A DNA stretch of 57,763 nt, taken from positions 1 through 57,763 of IMG/VR virus record IMGVR_UViG_3300042346_000645. One strand, given 5' to 3'. Of the stretch, positions 23,601 through 29,513 are shown in pieces. The notes under the pieces were generated by a model. The model was given only the letters and a program-made list of their open reading frames with translations, made no database searches and had not been told where the DNA came from. The stretch is from a virus (Duplodnaviria; Caudoviricetes). The first letter of the stretch is position 1. Each line of letters opens with the position of its first letter. The position numbers were made by a program, and so were the translations under genes.

Positions 23601-23800
23601 ACAGGTTGCTCTTGCGCTATGGAAGTTTCTACAGGTTGTTCGGCTACTTTTTCTTTCTCAGCATCCGATGTTACTGGAAAATCCTGTAGCGTATCCCAAT
23701 TTGCTATTAGATAGTCCAGTGCTTCTTCTTGTGTTGCGCCTTCTGATCCACTGACTGTGTATCTTTTCCCATTGGGTGCTTTAAAAGTAAAAATAGCCAT
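11630..23800 (-). CDS. Giant polyvalent (probably ejected) protein: two ART-like domains, ParB-like domain, two zincin peptidase motifs, SAM methyltransferase, LPD38-like C-terminus
   Basis: 4056 aa; LYRG..FMS..GYDGI..EYIVL; IQDGHHRY; HELGH; FKEWFGDW..VVYHAT..NQVKSA; LDYGAGKG..NVLNV; HEVSVH; NFNRRG..YLFFNAAIQG. Confidence 0.8.
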   Translation of the reverse strand: MAIFTFKAPNGKRYTVSGSEGATQEEALDYLIANWDTLQDFPVTSDAEKEKVAEQPVETSIAQEQPVAQETEQPVAQETEQPSLFDKAKQVGTDIENSPAYQSAKQVATALESSPIGAVRRYAYDQSMALSKGVIGVPEFITGIADIASGGETGKYLEDKGIDFKAAREYLTSQQSPEEQAAQKEIQSQDTFGGTLKAAVTNPVATLNTALESAPASYAGGAIGGAVKGIGMLGKASGVIGAGAGEFVVGAGQQAEGIRQETDNGLLTEKQSASAVGAGAADAFLAGIGSVAAKKLGISDIDTLSAGTQSSEVSLRDMAKQILGGMAIEGVVEEMPQSAVEKIIENYALDKPSLFEGVPNAAAIGLVTGAAMGGGQAIISTAGQTAQTLTGDEILRQKEIDRAKGMTEDERNAYFAASGGKPQQAPIDTTQAETQAETQAETETPVNENLRAYTDIFRDENLNPTPPAEAVDTTAPIVDNETITTELDKTTTPQEAIDTFTNIVEANNFGHDTTRAQAQNEADIQAATPVVEPPVIEPPAPKPDKLDATQESLDFIGQAVAQGGAELKGGMLYLPTGEKYSLNKAQRDHYTNLITPIEQAPEMPTAEMPTAETPTAEMPITVDLYRGVPKGKSTEDVTTTVGNALFMSPDEKIAKDYAGEEGSISKSTHTFNNVLEANNWAEAKQKIGLAPSNSMDDLVNTAREQGYDGISFNSKFNGKEYIVLKPNETVTPVAETPTAEMPVTTYYNEPNGKYYGDVKEVSKIMPQELKPLNQTEINWAVSSQKASGKSEEEWAKSVDLSEPIKATIYSDGEIKIQDGHHRYLAGKILNEPLNVELKSINAKNQILNDAINRINKDVSQATVTETPTAEIPVAETPTAENKKLYELTREEYAVRFPTAKESAYDDTIRNAVTLGNLTQEQADKVLIRTWSGQKEFWAKTRSELEQEKKDSTRSLVKEKAQSKKNPTYNVKWAQKSEDNSRKIAIEQNKKRYDELLAVHKERVQEALDEGKPVPKEVLADYPDLKPSVEVTNQTPVAEIEKAKQRVDNVDNSRNGNKTESFHDIILSTPAEYRNEITDYILTSKKRPTHLTGSLNKSLLAAKKLDELKAGESLATETPVAEPKGTINNPILRKNGKAFTSPQGAQTHIRTNPELSKDTHTWVKLGDEKYGIVTEDQVARKPRNPAANLNKVNGTEELKVLIGKLGGLDRTEMADRGFTDYKKNIRLFNNGARSRTFDDMATLLNEQGFSDINGANDLETALWDSLNGKPYYGYEGIDNAVAKMFADREDDLEQQHRDELLNTYTNEEVNAILDAKTQAEEDKIIADIKAEKKRKADLEVDTVVDEMLGKGMTTSGDIFAPERKGKATVGREVTIEGEQLANSPLELKKLYPNHWFYGDKGAQSKFDETEIDYETQYPNLESVSLINTDSNIGGFYDQVEQAIYQTSQSDRTTLHELGHAIHHQLLNYRKLTEDERATLKELILGDAEANHPYLASDKELVAEFNLYAHVFPVKAKAYAPELYKELLEGRKDVSIKLGSQDNKALTAALKQANVTIEKGYGDETYNPKYQNRKTSDYVKEIFEYSKEEYVKQKLASNPNGDIEKITAQAEREHRAAIELAITEGQYVSSRSASQIKKDYPAIWEKRDVLRKKYEYNKFLLGESYQGDTLENRRNAILEEINSDSDTYTDKYLEISKKVANYLGFKKFKNTGVFTIFKNSNDEYLVFNNPKNFLDYPSMVAFDKKGNVLVETELDKVSRVMSIDNSLSNFSENDIKQIANKIKEVYGDLSKTSEIARWYRDDAPKNINEFAFTHPTFGYSRTDIFKYEMSKAIPNLIKPSSLKFSKAKSQQRLAPNGKPSNLNAVQYDQVRTPEFKEWFGDWENDPENASKVVDENGEPMVVYHATADKFTEFDSNKTQDSLFWFTSDKDNIADVGAASTNILMPVFLDIKKIAGWDEYDSLTTDQLINAKFNGVELDNDYIVFNSNQVKSATENTGAFSKESNDIRFSKTAKKVLDENPLAIIHNLSLSNLTHADKMGGIAVPSVAIVNQKYPLSGFGEITLIGDTSQFAPEVNAKNKYFNADVYSPRYPQVTYVVDSKALNNANESLSDDTKELAKAIGYRGLINASSIEDRGVLKGLQDSVTLKYEFLKSIGKAPKIQYRPNKTPPASMKKFVSSKIDAMELKNDPTFVQAVVDIFNESIKKRNETLGTSKPYIEIDSQQASNLAFDYQYAIKEFRDQKGAQKSIDDYATSKLIREKTNQTQYEKWLVENYSNLVSDERIFNGYTSSGKRVYLPHNLDTVVKLMTKTIKGGENVSYGIGTIRAYTAKQFKTVKQIQDARGDIVSDEKLAQLKEELESEFNSISDELRPYSDYSDPSATDALSDLVSKGLRAFKESYQDVPEETMSKVYSFLDKLKNMPAHYFEGKIGRAVDIGEFSGALVPKGKEYDEAVKILNANGITKIKRYTEGDAQSRSDALLNFSDLLFGKNRQAATNTHTEQSLKEGLTKAGDDAYGKGWTDKLLGTGMFEIISDEQAQAIIEESTGTKFALVGDRSAANTQIDTTMGAYAAVARNLFAKIPNLKNILDYGAGKGRGTASVFRALTNKGMDVNVKSYEPFPENWAKSLTDEPDFTNADNIKDGSQDAVVNLNVLNVVPRAIRDDIVKNIGRILKDGGVGVISSRRWKGDVDTIKPANSKAGEEPNSFYVTRKLKGVEQTNYQKGIEPDELVAYVQELLPDFDVRKINGYGASAVIIQKSGGTPILDSILKPVKKEKVEIGSAETEALRKEAKELGAGERYSEFGVGKKMGDEVYLHRDYEGVLPQGDLADAKERIDDFEYNLIRYNTKTGAIGFFNSPDFDTSPEPINGNLIVVEPDGTIRTVDLNKNPDKQAIYHHKWEWVKDDYKGFDVKQSIERSIAWQKVVNREGIDRKRIGFQGVWQNEVLQPFDIKYSKNGDIEAFYNPADGKTYFVADNIDKATDLHYLMMHEVSVHMLKMGANEAEFENFLKETDNLVKVKNPAAVKGRQDALDADTPQEDLREETLAYLIKYAPKLKIVQRFKAWLKNALRNMSKMFPASQKLGFIQWANNLSDQDLLYIAEATLRKAPEMLVAQRQDTGNVKFSLAQNEENLFNLPAETKFQFMRKWIQDDLLRIRIVMDKIREQGGKVDESNDVVLAMEAAGNIAANQLESLKERFIQPLIDRMAKMNVNKDEIGLLLYAKGAPSRNAYIQSINPKFRKLGEGGSGMTDKESAAIIERYKETMGDKYPEFEKLVDDWQNIQNIVKRILVQSGDISPEQAEEWDNASDYHVPMKGFEEVDEVTGKATKKSSRGNIGQGFSISGKFDRKMLGRQSRASQIVENIVMNLERAVIRSSKMYVQSVLYKLIEDNPDANLWETEVTPMKPIMGKAKAQYVMYFHGSEIGQRDTLRDARRYVEAETARTGQSKREYEIIKVGGEPQVTLMKKPYDQNEEISYWRNGKQVRITVNDSEFVQAFNRLGDENIYSMFKFMAAFGRFLRHAFTIWNPVFIINNGVWVDPAVGLYTNTARKGFKYAGTVLLKTPMSAIQIGKYIAKGSTDNAEWNRVIKSYLDNGGKSGTAFISSIEKKADELNLAVLKSKMMDTKFYEYPLDKLKLAIVDNKLANLLAYLGDVAETATRLSTFKVAVDNGMTPQEAAKLSRNVTINFNRRGIAGRELGATYLFFNAAIQGTENLIDATIRGEHKVQATAILSSYVMLGYLLALLGGDDGDDELIPEEEKTRYVGIKLDEETGLRVNAKLAYGLSFFKDFGTAIARLQLGGDPEKVINKLTASFFTNFSYFNPMASGEWDNKDLAASFIPTILKPFYSITSNRNQWGKPIYPEDVYNTTIPDSEKEWSTTRGTMYSDFAKWMNKVTGGTKVESGFVDVSPETMKYLTNSLGGSAATQLYKFVNSIYTSSINTDEMNVSNLPIVSGFVKENTIDSYRRVYNSQRKEAKDIYDKFKKYEKLGDDEATDKFTSKHQPTLDFYDETKSIIKEVKDLRDKQDEARVEGDKALVKELEAEEKQLLIEYSYQYNQRQ

Positions 23801-23803
23801 AGT

Positions 23804-24622
23804 TTATTCGCCTGTTACTGATTCAAGAGTGAATTGTGATTTATTCGGAGCAGGTTTTTTAGTTAGCGAGTTACCATAAGTCATTAACCATTTTTCCCTT
23901 TTAAGTTTTTCTGCTTTGGCTTCTTCATCTGACGTACCTAGCATTCCTTTTGTTTTATTACCTATCCAACTAGAACTCGGTTTTTCAGCGCCAATTACTT
24001 CTTGGGCGTTTGCATATTTAGAACCTGTGGCTTCATTGGCTTTTCTAACTGCTTCCTTATCTGCCGCTTTAGCGTCTGCCTTTGTAATAACAGGTTCATC
24101 CTTAATTATTTTGTCAGTCTTGATATTTTTCCAATAGACTACTTTGTGACCGTTTTCGTCAACGCCTTCCATTCTGATAAGGTCTTTTTTACGCATACCG
24201 CCTTCTGGTGTAGCATCATCATCCCCATTATCCCTACCGCCTTTACCGACGTGTTCTGCGCGTTTTTCAGATAAACCAGTATCGGCTTTTATTTTTGCAA
24301 TCTCTGCTTCTGTTTTTTGAGCAGACAGGTTTTTAGGATCATTGGCTTCGCGTATTTTACGTTGTTCTTCATCATATTTGTCTTGACGTCCTTCAGCCTT
24401 TGTAATGGTTTCATCCGCTGCTTTGCGATCATATTCAAAATCAGATCGTGTATTCTTTCTGCTTTCTGTTCGAATAGCCGCTTCTTCAATTCGTGCTTCA
24501 CGCTCTGCTTCGGCTTTGACCTTAGCGTCTTCTTCCATTGACCGTGCTACTTTGTCCATGCCGAATTTAACTAAACCTGTTCCTGCGCCAAGTAAAGCGC
24601 TTGTTAACATTCCATAAGCCAT
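23804..24622 (-). CDS. Putative internal virion/ejection protein
   Basis: Hydrophobic Gly-rich N-terminus plus charged coiled coil; next to the giant gene. Confidence 0.5.
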   Translation of the reverse strand: MAYGMLTSALLGAGTGLVKFGMDKVARSMEEDAKVKAEAEREARIEEAAIRTESRKNTRSDFEYDRKAADETITKAEGRQDKYDEEQRKIREANDPKNLSAQKTEAEIAKIKADTGLSEKRAEHVGKGGRDNGDDDATPEGGMRKKDLIRMEGVDENGHKVVYWKNIKTDKIIKDEPVITKADAKAADKEAVRKANEATGSKYANAQEVIGAEKPSSSWIGNKTKGMLGTSDEEAKAEKLKREKWLMTYGNSLTKKPAPNKSQFTLESVTGE

Positions 24623-24624
24623 GA

Positions 24625-25176
24625 TTACATTCCTCCCTGTGGTTTAGGTTGGCGGACGGCTTGCATCTTACCGCCTAAATAATCTTGATGCGTTTGATAG
24701 TCGTCAATTTCTTTTTTACCTTGATTAATGGCTTCACGTAGTTGTTCGGCAGTAATTCCCATCTTCTCAAATAATTTCTCACTTGCCTGTTGAACTGTTT
24801 GAGCAATGATTTCGGGTGTGATTTCCATTTTTAAACCGCGCTCTGCAAAATCAAGTACATGGCAAATAACCGTAGTGGCGCTAAATATTAACACTTCCGC
24901 GCTCATTGATCGTTTGCTCTGCTGGTATAGAATCCACATCAAGCCCGCAACACCTGTGCTAATTGTCTTTACAGGTGTAATGCGTGACGCTGGATTCTTT
25001 ACAAGTTGCATATTGGCATGGGTTTTAGGATCAAATAACATGGTATCTGCCGCTATAACTGCATTTCTATACTTCTTTTTGTTTTCGGGAGATACTTTGC
25101 TTTCGATATTATTAGTGATATCGATTAGCATTTGATTAGTCATTTTACCTGTAGGCTTATCTGTTTGAATGTCCAT
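24625..25176 (-). CDS. Hypothetical virion-module protein
   Basis: 183-aa ORF in a tightly packed operon. Confidence 0.55.
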   Translation of the reverse strand: MDIQTDKPTGKMTNQMLIDITNNIESKVSPENKKKYRNAVIAADTMLFDPKTHANMQLVKNPASRITPVKTISTGVAGLMWILYQQSKRSMSAEVLIFSATTVICHVLDFAERGLKMEITPEIIAQTVQQASEKLFEKMGITAEQLREAINQGKKEIDDYQTHQDYLGGKMQAVRQPKPQGGM

Positions 25177-25185
25177 TGCTTATAC

Positions 25186-26187
25186 CTATGAAAGTGGGGT
25201 TGCATTGAGATTGGTTATTTTCCGCTGCCTAATTGCCTTTTCATATTCATACTTTTTTTGAGCATTGACGTTAGCAGTGTTTTTATCCATTTCATTCATT
25301 GCACCAGATACCACTGAGCCGCCCATTAGCAGATAATCTTTTGGTGTCATGTCTGCGACAAGTTTACCAAAGAAGCCTGACGATCCCGTGGTTGCTAGAT
25401 TGCCGACGTTCCCTGTTATATTTCCGATGGTGCTGGTTGCCCCAAGTGCTTGAACACCTGCGCCACTAAAAACTGGTTGCAGTAATCCCGAACCTACTTG
25501 CCCACCTACATTACCAAGAGTTCCAGCGCCTGAGCCAGCCACAAAGTTGCCGGTATTATTTATAATGCCTAACTTGTCCATAGTTCCCTGCGCAAGAGTT
25601 CCGCCAGCGCCTGTTATACCTTGTGTTGCACCTGCTTGAACCGTACCGCTTGCAAAGTTAGTAGGCGTGATTGCATTAGTTGCCTGCCCAAGTAGCGAGG
25701 TTGATTGCAAACCTGTTTGAGCTGCCGCGCTTGCAGCATTTGCCGCGTTAGCCGATTGGATACCTGCTGTTCCGAATGCAAACTCACCGCCAGCAGCAAG
25801 CGAAGCCACTGCGCCGGATGCAAGAGATGTAAGGCCGCCTGCTAAACCTACGATAGCGCCGATTTTCATCAAACCTTTATCGCCTGTCACCATGCCGACG
25901 ACGCTCATTGCTGTTCCTGCGACCGCTGCGATTGTACCAATTGCCCCGATTGTAGCTAGCGCCGCTGTGCCAATTGCGCCCATTGAAGCCATTACCCCGC
26001 CTGCTGCAATAGCGGTTCCTGCTGCTGTAATGGCTGTGCCTGCTGCCGCAACTGCTGAAACGATAAAAGGCATTTCTTTTTGTTTAAAAGGCGGCTTATG
26101 TGGGTTGCCGATCGGCATACCCATTTGATCCATTTGCTTGCGGGAGATTGCTTCCCCTGCCACAAAGTTTATTTGTTTAATTGTCAT
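25186..26187 (-). CDS. Putative DNA ejection/pilot protein with hydrophobic helices
   Basis: Long A/G-rich hydrophobic segments; first gene of the late unit. Confidence 0.55.
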   Translation of the reverse strand: MTIKQINFVAGEAISRKQMDQMGMPIGNPHKPPFKQKEMPFIVSAVAAAGTAITAAGTAIAAGGVMASMGAIGTAALATIGAIGTIAAVAGTAMSVVGMVTGDKGLMKIGAIVGLAGGLTSLASGAVASLAAGGEFAFGTAGIQSANAANAASAAAQTGLQSTSLLGQATNAITPTNFASGTVQAGATQGITGAGGTLAQGTMDKLGIINNTGNFVAGSGAGTLGNVGGQVGSGLLQPVFSGAGVQALGATSTIGNITGNVGNLATTGSSGFFGKLVADMTPKDYLLMGGSVVSGAMNEMDKNTANVNAQKKYEYEKAIRQRKITNLNATPLS

Positions 26188-26282
26188 AACGTCCTCACGA
26201 CGATGAAGTAAAGATAATTTTGCGCGATTGTATCACAGCTATACTATAATTGAAGTATGTCAGAAAAAAGGAGGTGATCCAG

Positions 26283-26336
26283 ATGGCTATGAAAAAAGGT
26301 AAAGGCGGCAAAGGCGGAGGCGGTAAAAAATGCTAA
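26283..26336 (+). CDS. 17-aa Lys/Gly-rich micropeptide MAMKKGKGGKGGGGKKC
   Basis: Not in the ORF track; TATAAT at 26245-26250, AAAGGAGGTGATCCAG at 26267-26282, terminator downstream. Confidence 0.65.
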   Translation: MAMKKGKGGKGGGGKKC

Positions 26337-26380
26337 GGTAACTTAGCAAGTAAAACGTTTTATTTGTTGTTAAGTTAGAG

Positions 26381-26415
26381 AGCCTTACAGGTTTTAAATC
26401 TTGTAAGGCTTTTTT
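26381..26415 (+). terminator. Rho-independent terminator
   Basis: AGCCTTACAG/TTGTAAGGCT stem plus T-run. Confidence 0.8.
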
Positions 26416-26485
26416 GTGCCTGCTGATTTGTGCCGCAGAGATTGCTAGGAATGAAGCCTGTCGGCAAGTGTTGCGGAGAGGCTGA

Positions 26486-26504
26486 AATGAGAATGATTAT
26501 CATT
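26486..26504. promoter_or_regulatory. Fur box-like palindrome
   Basis: AATGAGAAT-G-ATTATCATT; one mismatch to the 7-1-7 Fur core TGATAAT-N-ATTATCA. Confidence 0.6.
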
Positions 26505-26604
26505 TGCAATTGGTTTTCTTCAATTAAATCAAGCACATAGCCAAATCGCTAATTAATTTTACGCTAAACAATATTAATAAAGTTAATTAAGTAAAATAAT
26601 TTAG

Positions 26605-26633
26605 TTGATTAATAAAATTACATCGAATATTCT
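26605..26633 (+). promoter_or_regulatory. Sigma70-like early promoter
   Basis: TTGATT-17-TATTCT with an AT-rich upstream region. Confidence 0.5.
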
Positions 26634-26681
26634 GTAATCCCCTAGGGGTGAAACAAAAAACAAACTAAACCGGAGAGAATC

Positions 26682-26990
26682 ATGAAAGCATTATATAAAG
26701 TTACAACACGCGATGTTGATGGATCAGACTCACGTTGTTACAAAACTTACGAAGCCGCTGCAAAGCGCTTTCAAGAAATGAGTGGTTATCCACTTGTTAA
26801 GGGGCATCGTGAGTTTAGACTCATATCTGATTTTGGATGCGTCGTAATTTTCTCAGCGGATATAACTGCCGATATCCCAGTCTATGTAATACCTGTTGAA
26901 GTTTACTTAGATAGATACGATGAAGAAGGCGCTCGTATTGATAATTATGGCGTTGAATATTTAAACAGAAATTTAGGAGAAAACTCATGA
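26682..26990 (+). CDS. Early hypothetical protein
   Basis: ORF preceded by AACCGGAGA RBS. Confidence 0.65.
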   Translation: MKALYKVTTRDVDGSDSRCYKTYEAAAKRFQEMSGYPLVKGHREFRLISDFGCVVIFSADITADIPVYVIPVEVYLDRYDEEGARIDNYGVEYLNRNLGENS

Positions 26991-27124
26991 AATACTTTAT
27001 TTTAGACGGCATGAAAGGATCAGTGGATCAATTCAATTTTGTTCGCTGGTTAACAATCGGTTGTCATTTAGATTCGATGCAAGACGGCTGTGCATTAAAA
27101 GAAGCAGCATTAAAAGCCAGATAG
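26987..27124 (+). CDS. Small early hypothetical protein (45 aa)
   Basis: AGGAG RBS and ATGA overlap; below the track length cutoff. Confidence 0.5.
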   Translation: MKYFILDGMKGSVDQFNFVRWLTIGCHLDSMQDGCALKEAALKAR

Positions 27125-27191
27125 TTCAGCGTGTAACGGCTTACATATTAAGCCGTTATGCAGTGTGCTATTACACTAACCAAACCGGAGA
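27121..27191 (+). repeat. Structured intergenic repeat, copy 1 (RNase III-site-like)
   Basis: Near-identical to 28945-29019; GTGTAACGGCTTA/TAAGCCGTTATGC stem. Confidence 0.75.
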
Positions 27192-27198
27192 ATACAAA

Positions 27199-27801
27199 AT
27201 GTTTAAGTTACACATTACGACTGGCAGCGGCAAAATGGAATTCATCCCCTCAATCAACACCAGTACCTTATTAAATCCTTTTTGCAACAAAATGAGATCC
27301 AAGAACGACAAAAGTATTATTTGTTCATCCTGCTACGCCGCACGCAATGAGCAGCTGTACCCTAGTTTAAGTCATGCCTTAGAACGCAATGCCGATTTGT
27401 ACAAACGTATTCTTTTAGATACTGAATTACCGCGTTTGAATTTCGCTGTTGCGCGTTTTGATAGTTATGGAGAAGTGCATAACGAAATTCACATTTTAAA
27501 TTACTTTAACATTGCAAGAAAAAACCCCGAAACTGTTTTCGGATTTTGGACTAAACGCAAAGATTTAATCAAAAAAGTATTAGCAATGGTTGCCAAACCA
27601 GTCAATGTTATTTTGATACACAGCAGCACAAAGAAAAACAAGGTCGAAAAACTGCCTGCTGGCTATGACAAAGTTTTCACAGCGCATAAGAAGTCAGATT
27701 TAAAACCTTCTATCGCTATCAATTGCAGTCATTCCTGCAATGATTGCCGTTTGTGCTATAGCCACAATGACGTGGTTTTCATTAATGAAATTGCAAAGTA
27801 A
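27199..27801 (+). CDS. Gp88-like Cys-rich protein
   Basis: GKM..IPS, C..CSSCYA, RFDSYGE, FGFWTK, C..CNDCRLCY; start after the CCGGAG RBS. Confidence 0.65.
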   Translation: MFKLHITTGSGKMEFIPSINTSTLLNPFCNKMRSKNDKSIICSSCYAARNEQLYPSLSHALERNADLYKRILLDTELPRLNFAVARFDSYGEVHNEIHILNYFNIARKNPETVFGFWTKRKDLIKKVLAMVAKPVNVILIHSSTKKNKVEKLPAGYDKVFTAHKKSDLKPSIAINCSHSCNDCRLCYSHNDVVFINEIAK

Positions 27802-27815
27802 CCGGAGATTAATTT

Positions 27816-27992
27816 ATGAAAAAATATACAGTAATATTTCAAACTAAGCACTGGATACACACTAATTATATTAGTGAGGTTGACCGCCTAATTAAAGAAA
27901 AAAATGTTAGTGATGTTTTTGATTACAAAGGTTGCGCGTTAGTTGAAAATAAAAATATAACAAAGTATGGAATTTTTTGTTTAAAACATTAA
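27816..27992 (+). CDS. Small early hypothetical protein
   Basis: AACCGGAGA RBS; 58-aa ORF. Confidence 0.5.
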   Translation: MKKYTVIFQTKHWIHTNYISEVDRLIKEKNVSDVFDYKGCALVENKNITKYGIFCLKH

Positions 27993-28021
27993 TGAAATTG
28001 CTAAATAACTGGAGATATAAA

Positions 28022-28252
28022 ATGAAACTTAATAAAACTTATCAGCAAACACTTGCGGCACGTCGCCAAACAACACTAATCCATTCATCGTGGGCTGTAT
28101 TCTATAAAGGCGAGTATATTTGTGGCGCTGTCTACAATGGGGTGCATATTATGTCAGTTTGCTTTCCGTGCGGCTTAGTAGTATTAACCAAATCAAAAGA
28201 CATTGCTAAAAAGTTTATTAGAGAATACAAAGCAGGGAGAGTACAGGCATGA
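28022..28252 (+). CDS. Early hypothetical protein
   Basis: GGAG RBS before MKLNKT. Confidence 0.55.
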   Translation: MKLNKTYQQTLAARRQTTLIHSSWAVFYKGEYICGAVYNGVHIMSVCFPCGLVVLTKSKDIAKKFIREYKAGRVQA

Positions 28253-28491
28253 AAATGAAACAAGCACACTACAACATGATGAAAGACGCTATCAGAGCAT
28301 TGCCACGCGATGAGATGTTAGCATTCAAAGCAAACGACCTTGGAAAGAACAAAGAAAAGTTTTTTATATGGGGATTGTTCCGAGCGGCAAAACTACACTT
28401 TACCGCCACTGATTTTCTTTATCAGTATCTTGACGACAATCATATTGAAACAGCGCTTAAACGCATAGCTAAAGAACTAGACTACATTTAA
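28249..28491 (+). CDS. Early hypothetical protein
   Basis: Coupled ORF; LYQYLDDNHIETALKRI. Confidence 0.6.
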   Translation: MKMKQAHYNMMKDAIRALPRDEMLAFKANDLGKNKEKFFIWGLFRAAKLHFTATDFLYQYLDDNHIETALKRIAKELDYI

Positions 28492-28505
28492 TTGGAGAAA
28501 ATAAC

Positions 28506-28778
28506 ATGAGCTTACAAAACATTCAAAACCTAATTGCCAGTTTAGAAAATAACATTTTATCGACGTTAGATGATGGGATGGGAGAGGGTAACGTAATTTT
28601 CTTTTTGCGTACACAATTAGAAGATGCAAAAAATTGCGCTTGGACTCGCGAAGAGTTATCAGAGCATCTTTTAAGCGATAACGATGACTTTGAAGAGGAA
28701 ATGCTTAATTTAACTGATTTTCAGCGCAACGAAGTCAGAGAAATTCAACACGCAATAATTAACTATTTTGGAGAATAA
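28506..28778 (+). CDS. Early acidic hypothetical protein
   Basis: GGAG RBS; 90 aa. Confidence 0.6.
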   Translation: MSLQNIQNLIASLENNILSTLDDGMGEGNVIFFLRTQLEDAKNCAWTREELSEHLLSDNDDFEEEMLNLTDFQRNEVREIQHAIINYFGE

Positions 28779-28780
28779 AA

Positions 28781-28948
28781 ATGAGCTTTTACACTTACTT
28801 GCTAGACGATGACACAATAGTTCGTAGTGAAAACCGCAAAGATATAGGCGATATGATCCACGCGCAAATATACGACGTTAACAGCGCATTAATCGACGTT
28901 AGCGGGCGTGTAGTGGATATCCTAGAGGATTACAGCGACTGGGAATAG
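28781..28948 (+). CDS. Small early hypothetical protein (55 aa)
   Basis: GGAG RBS; ends at the TAG that opens repeat copy 2. Confidence 0.5.
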   Translation: MSFYTYLLDDDTIVRSENRKDIGDMIHAQIYDVNSALIDVSGRVVDILEDYSDWE

Positions 28949-29019
28949 TTCAGCGTGTAACGGCTTAAAGATAAGCCGTTATGCAGTGCGCTATTGCACT
29001 AATTAACTTAAACCGGAGA
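28945..29019 (+). repeat. Structured intergenic repeat, copy 2
   Basis: Near-identical to 27121-27191, with a compensatory change. Confidence 0.75.
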
Positions 29020-29025
29020 TATAAC

Positions 29026-29121
29026 ATGAATACATTTTACGACGTAGTAGTTGGATCAATTCTTACAACAATTTTTACTGTAATTTTTGTAGCTGAACTA
29101 ATTATCATTTGGGGAGAATAA
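29026..29121 (+). CDS. 31-aa single-TM peptide
   Basis: AACCGGAGA RBS; VVVGSILTTIFTVIFVAELIIIW. Confidence 0.5.
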   Translation: MNTFYDVVVGSILTTIFTVIFVAELIIIWGE

Positions 29122-29123
29122 CC

Positions 29124-29366
29124 ATGTCATCATTCAAACTTGATAACAATAACGAATTTTCAGCTAAATGCCGCACCTGTTTTCCAAATTTACGCTATCG
29201 GATGACTTTATCGATTGGTCAGTGGGGAATGGTTTACGGATCAAAAACAGACTACTTCACAGTAGATGGTAAAAAGATAGGTTTTAAAATTGTGCGCCAT
29301 TATGACCGTAAAGGATTGCCAATTTATAACGATAAACAACGCATTTATATTTACACCGGAGAATAG
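29124..29366 (+). CDS. Early hypothetical protein
   Basis: GGAG RBS before MSSFKL. Confidence 0.55.
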   Translation: MSSFKLDNNNEFSAKCRTCFPNLRYRMTLSIGQWGMVYGSKTDYFTVDGKKIGFKIVRHYDRKGLPIYNDKQRIYIYTGE

Positions 29367-29513
29367 ACATGATGACATATAAACAATACATCCAATCGTT
29401 ACCTAGTGAATACCTTCAAATGCTTTACGATGAGGAGATACACCTGTTCCAAGCATACAAAGAATACGTTACCGCATGGAAATCACTTGAAGCAGAGTAC
29501 GGAGAAATTAAAA

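Noticed and set aside
11630-23800. N4-like virion RNA polymerase
   Set aside because: Size and the N4-type capsid suggested it, but I saw no RNAP catalytic motifs; the domains are polyvalent-type.
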